From Oopsacas minuta (lineage: Eukaryota > Animalia > Porifera): DNA of 64,000 nucleotides. The stretch spans positions 310,001-374,000 of the forward strand of contig JAKMXF010000266.1 of assembly GCA_024704765.1 (NCBI GenBank), written 5' to 3'. Under the pieces are notes generated by a model, which saw nothing but the letters and a program-made list of their open reading frames with translations, searched no databases and was not told the DNA's origin. Positions 56,436 to 64,000 of the stretch are shown here, one piece after another (within the stretch, counting starts at the first letter, position 1; each line of letters starts with the position of its first letter). Made by a program: the position numbers and the translations under genes.

Positions 56436-58994
56436 ATGTTTTTGTGTGTAAAACATTGGCAATTTTTCATACTCTTGAGTTGTCTCGTGATATTACCTGT
56501 AAATAGTATTAATGTAATCAACATAGCCGCATTATACTCAAAGGATGGAGGTTGGGTTGCACCAGAAATGAGAAATATCGGCGAGTTCGCTAAAGACCTA
56601 ATTAACAATTCAACTAATATACTACCTGACTGTCAGTTAAATATCGATTGGAAAAACTCACAATGTCAGAGCAATGCAGCTGTGAACGAAATACAATCTT
56701 TCCTTCAAGATCAGGGTGTAATTTATCATTTCGTTCTGGGCCCTGCATGCTCGATTTCAGCAGAACCAGTTGGCCAAATCATTCCAAACTTTTACTTAAA
56801 TATGATGGCATATTCTGCCGCTTCACCAGACCTAACTACTGATTCTTATCCGAATACCTTCTTGGGTGTGGTAACATTTGATGCAAATGTTGTAATTTGG
56901 GTTAAATTGATTCAATTTTATCAGTGGCGAAGAGTAGCGATTATCGGACAAGATACTGGTCTTTTCAACACTGTTAATTTAAATTTTGGCGAACAATTAA
57001 ATGAATTGTCTGTATCATTTGACATCGCACGAATTATTGAAGGGGAAGAGAAAGAAATAGATACTATGCTAAGTCGAATTTTCCAGACAAATGAATACAA
57101 AATCGTTTTTGGCAACTTTTATGAAGGAGAAGGATATAAAGTTCTCTGTAGAGCCTATCTAATGGGGTATATTTACCCATATGTAACTTGGGTGTTGCCA
57201 GGTTGGTGGGCCAGTGGTTGGATTGAGAGAGGTGAAAGCGACTGTCAATTCTGTGAAGGGTGTGACATTAATGCTGCATTGAAGGGTGCACTAGGAGTAG
57301 ATTCATTATCTACTTTAGAGCAATTGATTATTAACAACGATGATACAGTACTCAATCTCAAGCAGCAAGAAATATGGAACATGTTCGCTGAGAACAATGT
57401 AGTCACTGACGCTAACATAGAAAAATACTTACCATATACTTTTGATAGTTTGCTTTCATTTGCTTTGGCATTGAACGCTAGCCTACAAAATGGAATAGAT
57501 TTGAGTCAATTTAATTATCATCGAGCAGATAATGCATCAATAAATAGTGAAATCGTGGAATCATTGAAAAACTCACTTGCAGGTGTTGATTTTGCTGGAT
57601 TGACTGGTGAGGTGAATTATCAGGGAAGAGCACGAAAATATTCAAATGGTGAACTATCCGAGTATGAAAATGATGGAAATTTCAAATCATTGATTACCAT
57701 ACCGAATGTTGGAGGAAATCTAAGTAGCAGTCTTGAAGGATCTTCTTATATAGACTTCAACACATTGGATTTTGAGTATTTTGGAATGCAAGCTGGACCT
57801 CTTGATGGAGTGGAGCTCCATCACCTGCCAATATCAGCAATAGTGATCTCCGTTATATTCGCATTTTGCGCGCTTATCTTTTCAGTTTTCTTTCTAGTAT
57901 TTAACATAATTTTCAATAAGAAAAAGGTTATCAGGTACAGCAATCCTATCCTGAACTCTTTTATCTTAATTGGAGCATGTCTACAGTGTGGAGTAGCAAT
58001 ACTCGTTTTGATCGATAACAGAATTCTTCAACGCACCCCTGAGCAGCAACGGAACAATGAAGAATGTATCGGATGCACAATCTTGTGTCACTTGGTTTGG
58101 TGGGTTCCTGCATTAGCTACTGACATAATATTTGGAACACTAGTTGGGAAATCAGTTCGTATTTACTCCATCGTAATTAGGAAATCTTTGGAAAATAAAG
58201 TCAAATTAATCTACATCATCCTTTTTATCGGTGGATTGATGTTATTCGATACGGTTTATACTGTTATTTGGATTGCCATAGAAGCACTCAGATTCCAATT
58301 CATAGCTGAAGGTCCTCTTCAAACAGATCTGCCAAACATTAAGCAACCTGGAGCTCCATTTTGGTACATTTTCTACTGTGCAGAAGGTGGTGATCCAAGT
58401 TCTCCTGCAATTGCAGTTCGTTTCGTGTATATACTTTTCAGATGGATCCTCTATGGAGTAGGATTATACTTTGCATTCCAAATTCGTAAAGTGAACATTC
58501 GTGGAGTGAATGAATTCCAGTCAATTACATTAGCCACTTTAGTGACCATTTTCTTCAACTTAGTTCGTATCATTCTCATCACAATGATTCCATCAGTGAG
58601 GCTGATTGACACTGCTATTACTCTACTGTCTATAAGCTATGCACTCGATGCTATATTCGTTATAGGTTTCATATTCGTACCCAAATTGTACTTCATTGTT
58701 CGTGACCCACATCAGAAAAAGAACTATACTGGTGTGAACAATGTTTCAACAATTGATTACAGTGCAATCTATAAAATGCAAATCACAAAAATTCAGGGTG
58801 AACTAGAAATTATTACAACTGAACGTGACGCTTTGCTCAGTAAAATGGAGATGTCTTCACCTACCTCGGAATCTATTTCCATGATGAATCCGATTTTTGG
58901 AGATATTGACAAGTTGACGGCGAAATCTGAACCTGAAGCAGGAGTAAATGTAATTGAGAATTCAATTGGCAAAAACGAACTTCCTGAAAACTAA
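56436..58994 (+). CDS. GABA-B-receptor-like class C GPCR, copy 3 (ATG at 56436 preferred over the ORF-track start at 56424)
   Basis: Same architecture; MFLCVKHWQFFILLSCLVILP signal-peptide-like start. Confidence 0.9.
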   Translation: MFLCVKHWQFFILLSCLVILPVNSINVINIAALYSKDGGWVAPEMRNIGEFAKDLINNSTNILPDCQLNIDWKNSQCQSNAAVNEIQSFLQDQGVIYHFVLGPACSISAEPVGQIIPNFYLNMMAYSAASPDLTTDSYPNTFLGVVTFDANVVIWVKLIQFYQWRRVAIIGQDTGLFNTVNLNFGEQLNELSVSFDIARIIEGEEKEIDTMLSRIFQTNEYKIVFGNFYEGEGYKVLCRAYLMGYIYPYVTWVLPGWWASGWIERGESDCQFCEGCDINAALKGALGVDSLSTLEQLIINNDDTVLNLKQQEIWNMFAENNVVTDANIEKYLPYTFDSLLSFALALNASLQNGIDLSQFNYHRADNASINSEIVESLKNSLAGVDFAGLTGEVNYQGRARKYSNGELSEYENDGNFKSLITIPNVGGNLSSSLEGSSYIDFNTLDFEYFGMQAGPLDGVELHHLPISAIVISVIFAFCALIFSVFFLVFNIIFNKKKVIRYSNPILNSFILIGACLQCGVAILVLIDNRILQRTPEQQRNNEECIGCTILCHLVWWVPALATDIIFGTLVGKSVRIYSIVIRKSLENKVKLIYIILFIGGLMLFDTVYTVIWIAIEALRFQFIAEGPLQTDLPNIKQPGAPFWYIFYCAEGGDPSSPAIAVRFVYILFRWILYGVGLYFAFQIRKVNIRGVNEFQSITLATLVTIFFNLVRIILITMIPSVRLIDTAITLLSISYALDAIFVIGFIFVPKLYFIVRDPHQKKNYTGVNNVSTIDYSAIYKMQITKIQGELEIITTERDALLSKMEMSSPTSESISMMNPIFGDIDKLTAKSEPEAGVNVIENSIGKNELPEN

Positions 58995-59334
58995 TGATAC
59001 TGATCGCTTTTTACTGTGAAAACTTTACGTATATTGTTAAGAAATAATTTTTTAGCTTTTATTTCTATTTGACTAGTAGTCATTATAATGTCGGCTGTAG
59101 AAATTCGTTTATGCTGAGGATCGTTCTTATTAAACTTAAATATTTATAATTATATATTTCGGCTCTTAATAGAACTTTTGATATTTCTATATACGTAATA
59201 TACTTCATTGTTTTGAGTTCATGTAACAGTACCACAACCTCAAATTGTTCAATAATATAATTTCCATTTTTCCAAAGGATTTTATCTGTGATATAATATT
59301 TTCACCTGCTATTGACAATTTATTAGATATTACA

Positions 59335-60209
59335 ATGAGCATACATCCGCCTTCCAACCCTAAACGTATTGGTATAGTTGGTTATGGATCACTGGGCCAG
59401 TACCTAATGAAGGAGTTGAAAGATAATCCTGCTTATAAGATTGTGTTTGTCTGGAATAGAACTCTCGATAAGTTGGCTGGTGTGCCTTCAGATTTGATTC
59501 TATCAGATTTGAACAATTGTGCCAGTTATACTCCTGACTTGATAATTGAGGTTGCTCACCCTTCTATTACTGAACAATTTGGAACAAAATTTCTACAAAA
59601 TGCTGATTATTTCTCAGGTAATAATTGTATAAGTGTATGTACGAACCTAATCACCCAATTTAAGGTTCTCCTACCGCTTTTGCGTTGAAAAAGGTTGAAG
59701 ATGCCATGCGAGCTATTTCTAGTCCCCACGGAGTGTACATACCCGCAGGGGCATTATGGGGTGCAACAGATATAAAGAAAATGGCAGATAGAGGTAACCT
59801 GGAATCACTTCGTGTAACAATGATCAAACATCCTTCCTCTTTCAAACTAACTGGTGAATTGTTGGAAAAATTGGAAAAATCTGATCCCACGAAACTAATC
59901 ACACTCTATGAAGGTCCAGTACGTGATCTTTGCCTTTTGGCTCCACAAAATGTTAATACAATGGCTGCAGCTTGTATTGCTGGTCATACTCTAGGTTTTG
60001 ATAAAACTATAGGCTGTCTCTGTGCAGACCCAGCTCTAGACAAGCATCAAATCATCATTGAAGCATTCGGTACTGGTGGATTTAAGGTTGTCACTCAACG
60101 TGATAATCCTTCTAAGATCGGTGCAGTGACGGGACAAGCAACCTATGCATCGTTCCTAAGTTCAGTTAATAATGCTGGAGGCAAGGGACCTGGCTTCCAT
60201 CTATGCTAA
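59335..60209 (+). CDS. ASPDH: Aspartate dehydrogenase domain-containing protein; 2 exons (59335-59617, 59665-60209)
   Basis: Rossmann IGIVGYGSLG, IIEVAHP; a 47-nt intron joins DYFS-GSPTAFA; YIPAGALWG, KHPSSF, LAPQNVNTMAAA, GAVTGQATY. Confidence 0.9.
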
Positions 60210-61265
60210 TTCTTATTATTTTCATACAATACAAATAATTATAGTGTAAACTATATATTGTAGAATTCTCATTCCCCATGTAATGCTATTTAAACAATAA
60301 TAATAATTAGTAATACTAATTAGAATTATATTAATTCTTCAAGAATCTATATTCAGCTAAATTATGGATTGAATCATACCAAATAATACCTTCGTACCTC
60401 GTGAAATCATCGAATCCAATAATTATTTGGCTATACGTTTGTAAATCACATGGGTAGTGTCGACTAACCATATTCCATAGGAATATAATCTAAAGTTGAT
60501 TCAATATTATAGCCATTGTTTCAAATCACATATGATTTGAAAATTGTATTAGTTCAATATCATGTTGTAATACTTAAAGTTATATTTCATTATATTTGCC
60601 CACCTGCCAGATCTCATGCTGCAATATCATTGTATTGGCGCTATAAAAGTACAATTAGTCCTGCTGGCCAATAAGCTCTTAATATCCGTTTAATATTTTG
60701 TCTTAGAAACCAATTTATTTATTATTTCGTTTTGAACTGTATAAGATTAATGCATTGATTCTTAGATTGTTTCTACAACAATATTTGAGCTGTTTTGGCC
60801 CAAAAATCATAGCCCAAGCGTGAATGGATAATTACAAATTTAGTGTGGCACTTTCGGTTAATATGATTCAAAATTATCATGTACCCGACTAATTACCATT
60901 GCCCTCGACAACAATCTGGACTGTATATGTATTGAAACACGGACAGCTGACAAATTGTTATGTAGTACAAATATTTCTGCCGAACTATATACGAGGTGAA
61001 AATTGTTAAGAGATTCATTTAGGGTCAACAACTCAGTAGTATTCATATAGTACCTAGGCTTAATTGAAATTCATTTTGCTACCGTTTTTATTGAATACAC
61101 ATTTTGCCATACAATTGAATAGAATGTAACCTTATAATATATGCAGCCATAACATCTGCTTTAAACGCTCTGGACAGATGTACTTAAAGATTTTAGATGA
61201 GATTTTGTTCGTATGACTAAAATATTGGTTAGCTTTATATTAAATTTTATTAAATGGATAGCATA

Positions 61266-64000
61266 ATGTCACTGCGAACACGCTTCAAGAAGAAAAACGA
61301 TTATCCATTCTCTAAAACACTTCTTCATGAGTTATCAGAACTATTTTTTTGTGAAGGCTACAAGCTTTATTCCGGACAAAACAGCCTTTCTCTAACTGGT
61401 CAATTCCTGGGGCAATTTCTCATATACTATGACTCCTATTCTACCAACCAATCACAAAATTTGATCCGCTCCAGTCTGAGATTTAATGTTAAATCAGCTG
61501 CGAAAGAAATGAACTATATTCGTGAGTGTTTTGAGAAAGTTCAATGTTTAAAATTAATCGTTGACGTCAGATATCCATTTGAAAATCCAATCCAACTCTT
61601 CCCGTTTGATAAAATTAAAGTATTAGTTATCAAGAAGTGTCCTGTGAACATGATTTACGGTTTGAAACGACTTAGGAGACAATTACAAACATTTGTCCTA
61701 AACTATTCCATCTCACTGTTTGATGAAGTTATTGCAGATTGTGGTGGCGATCAAGCTGAACCCGAAGAGTGGATGGCTCTTGATGAACTGGACTTAAGCT
61801 ATAATTCTATCATCGAAATTAAAGATTCGCGTTTATCGTTAGTTCATTCAATAACAAAACTAGATCTCAGTCATAATCAATTAAGTGAAGAGAGAACAGA
61901 CTTTAGGGAATTGGATAAACTGCTACAGATAAACTTAGGGTACAACTTTTTAAAACACATCCCTTTCTTCCATGCTCACACAATGGTTTCAATACATACA
62001 CTGATCCTACGCAACAACAATCTCTCAGCTTTGGATGGTGTTGAAACTCTAAGACAGCTCTCTGTATTGGATTTAGGCTATAACTGTTTGGATCTGCATA
62101 TGATACTCGATCGTCTCGATGCATTGCATTTCCTGCAGAACTTACAATTAATCGGAAACCCTCTATCGTACCATAAGAGACACAGACAACTGACACTATT
62201 TAAATTATCTCATGCAATTGATGTGGAAACATTCATCCTTGATGACGTAACTCTGAGTATTTCTGAGACGAAAGAGTTTCTTAGAAACGTTCAATTGAAT
62301 GCTAGCTATCATTCCTCCTTGAGTTCGCCATCACATCTCAATTTCTTCAGCTCCAGTTCAAGTCAATCTCATTCTTCAAGCCGAGGACGTAGAATATCTT
62401 CTATTCGTACCATAGAGTTAGATGACACTGACTCACAACGGGGATCTGTGATTGAAGATTTCAGACAAATTGAAATCAGAGATAGATTAACAGCGAAAGG
62501 TGTACTTCGTACTCAAATGGGACCTGCATGGTTGTCTTCGCAAGAAGAAAGTCCTCAAAGAATTACAAAGCCAGTGCATCGCTCAAAACACAAGCAAACG
62601 CATCATACACTCCCTTCACCAACAAAAGCTATTCTCAATGAAGTCACTACTTCGAGCTCAAAACCAAACTCTCCAATAGTTAAAAGTAAACTAAAGGAAG
62701 GGAAGGATAATTCTCTTCCAGAATCTCAACAAAGTTACCAGATAGAAGCATTTGTAGATAATTACTCACCAATGCTAGAATACCCTGACCTAGTTACGAA
62801 AGAATGCCAGCGAGAAGATGAAACTTCCGCCAGAACTCCTGTTAATGTCGAGGAAGTATCAATACACAATTCTCCACATCTCATAGACGAAGAACAGTAT
62901 CTAGTTTACAGTTATGACACAGACGATGAAGAATCTCAGAGAGAGCCATTTTTCATATCATTATCATGCAACAGACTTTATGAACTTAACTACGAAGGGA
63001 AATCTATTCAAGATTACGATATGAATTGTCTTGAGTCAGCCGTTCAATCTGAGAAGAGACCAAATTCTCCTACACAAAATGAAACTAGACAAATTCTTTC
63101 ATTGAAGTTCAATTATCAGAGGAGAGATATGCGGAAGAGAGAATATATATTCGAGAAAGCTCAGAATTTTGAGCTTCTCATCAAGAAATTACAAGATATC
63201 GCGATAGATAATGCAAAGCTAAATCCATTGAAGAGCACATACGAATGCTTAAAATGCAATTCTGTCTATGAGAAGACACAAATGTTGTATTCCTATCCAA
63301 TTAATGAACATTCAAACGATTCTTCACAATCTGTTATAAACTGCCCCCAATGTGGAAGCCAACAACTCACAGATGATTCTAAACTCTCCGTTAAAGATCG
63401 CGAATTGGTTGATTCAGGAACAGCTTTCGTAAGAAAAATGACCCCAGTTGAGATCCGAACATCATATCTAGACAATAGTATAGCAAGTCCAAAGACAAGC
63501 TTGACTAGCAAAGAACTAAACAGAACGAAGCGCGTAGCTATCAGCAAAAAGGAATCTTCTTACTTTTCTGAGAATAAAGTAACTAAATATCGTAAAAAGA
63601 GCATAGATGAAATTCAAGCTCCAGACGATACATTTGAATCCGATTATGAAATGGTTTTACGAAAGAAAGAATCAGCTATAGATGTCCTCTTGACTGACAA
63701 TCAATCTGTATTAGAAAATGCACATAGAAATTTTGAAGCTGACAAATTAATTGACTTTTCTAATGTGAAGTCAAGTGAGAAAGTAGTAGGTAAGGGAAGC
63801 TTCCGTAGGCGAGATAAGCAACCTTACGTTCAACTCTCTGATAGTATGATTGCTAATGATGCAAGAGGACTTACCAAAACTCACATACATACTGATGACA
63901 CTACATCTAATTTTAGAAAGCCTTTTACGAGGCCAAGAGTAAACACATCTCCTTTAGAAGATCTTCAAGAAAACTCGAGCCAAAGTGACAGTGAGAGAAG
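61266..64000 (+). CDS. STK11IP: STK11/LKB1-interacting protein (LRR), 5' portion; runs off the window end and is absent from the ORF track
   Basis: Open frame from ATG 61266: PIQLFPFDKIKVLVIKKCPV..GLKRLRRQLQT..ADCGGDQ..WMALDELDLSYN..LDLSHNQL (LRRs), later YECLKC..INCPQCGS. The same frame is open at the last bases (DLQENSSQSDSER). Confidence 0.85.
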   Translation, partial: MSLRTRFKKKNDYPFSKTLLHELSELFFCEGYKLYSGQNSLSLTGQFLGQFLIYYDSYSTNQSQNLIRSSLRFNVKSAAKEMNYIRECFEKVQCLKLIVDVRYPFENPIQLFPFDKIKVLVIKKCPVNMIYGLKRLRRQLQTFVLNYSISLFDEVIADCGGDQAEPEEWMALDELDLSYNSIIEIKDSRLSLVHSITKLDLSHNQLSEERTDFRELDKLLQINLGYNFLKHIPFFHAHTMVSIHTLILRNNNLSALDGVETLRQLSVLDLGYNCLDLHMILDRLDALHFLQNLQLIGNPLSYHKRHRQLTLFKLSHAIDVETFILDDVTLSISETKEFLRNVQLNASYHSSLSSPSHLNFFSSSSSQSHSSSRGRRISSIRTIELDDTDSQRGSVIEDFRQIEIRDRLTAKGVLRTQMGPAWLSSQEESPQRITKPVHRSKHKQTHHTLPSPTKAILNEVTTSSSKPNSPIVKSKLKEGKDNSLPESQQSYQIEAFVDNYSPMLEYPDLVTKECQREDETSARTPVNVEEVSIHNSPHLIDEEQYLVYSYDTDDEESQREPFFISLSCNRLYELNYEGKSIQDYDMNCLESAVQSEKRPNSPTQNETRQILSLKFNYQRRDMRKREYIFEKAQNFELLIKKLQDIAIDNAKLNPLKSTYECLKCNSVYEKTQMLYSYPINEHSNDSSQSVINCPQCGSQQLTDDSKLSVKDRELVDSGTAFVRKMTPVEIRTSYLDNSIASPKTSLTSKELNRTKRVAISKKESSYFSENKVTKYRKKSIDEIQAPDDTFESDYEMVLRKKESAIDVLLTDNQSVLENAHRNFEADKLIDFSNVKSSEKVVGKGSFRRRDKQPYVQLSDSMIANDARGLTKTHIHTDDTTSNFRKPFTRPRVNTSPLEDLQENSSQSDSER

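Noticed and set aside
50216-58994. Assigning GABBR1/GABBR2 gene symbols or claiming GABA as the ligand
   Set aside because: The architecture is GABA-B-like, but orthology and ligand cannot be established without phylogeny and assays.
59335-60209. ASPDH as a horizontally transferred bacterial nadX
   Set aside because: It has a spliceosomal intron and matches the animal ASPDH family, which is widespread in metazoans.
60210-61265. 1-kb gap searched for missing BARD1 ankyrin/BRCT exons, an SL RNA gene or another gene
   Set aside because: No open frame with such motifs and no recognisable RNA gene by eye; a covariance-model search would be needed.
1591-63547. All minus-strand ORFs in the supplied track (e.g. 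1721..1969, 13254..13718, 13914..14306, 37872..38252, 45804..46130)
   Set aside because: They lie antisense to well-supported + strand genes, read as codon-bias shadows and show no recognisable domains. The one exception is 5451..5663, kept as a possible LINE relic.
1-64000. rRNA, tRNA or prokaryotic defence systems
   Set aside because: None recognised; the window is eukaryotic, with spliceosomal introns.

Overview
Eukaryotic (animal) genomic DNA that is AT-rich, gene-dense and intron-poor. The gene set, short GT-AG introns, an NHL-only propeller gene and tandem GABA-B-like receptors suggest a compact early-branching metazoan genome, most plausibly a hexactinellid (glass) sponge; this species call is inference, not proven. 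I can support 19 protein-coding loci: the 3' end of a Cys-rich single-pass receptor, a hidden 4-exon acidic repeat protein, an NHL protein, ACSBG-type acyl-CoA synthetase, CKAP5, BOD1-like, KIFBP, MAD1L1 (with SEC62 nested in its third intron on the same strand), ACOX1, LEO1, a BARD1-type RING protein, WDFY3, INTU, three GABA-B-like class C GPCRs, ASPDH and the 5' part of STK11IP. All 19 lie on the + strand, often only about 200-400 nt apart, and many start codons sit just downstream of an apparently unpaired splice-acceptor-like sequence. The leading hypothesis is an operon-like, possibly polycistronic and SL trans-spliced array that includes a four-gene kinetochore/spindle run (CKAP5-BOD1-KIFBP-MAD1). 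Other highlights are the mosaic concerted evolution of the receptor triplet, a BARD1-like ORF lacking ankyrin/BRCT domains, and small DNA-transposon-derived elements in introns. Exon boundaries and homologies were read by eye and from memory of the protein families; no searches were run.
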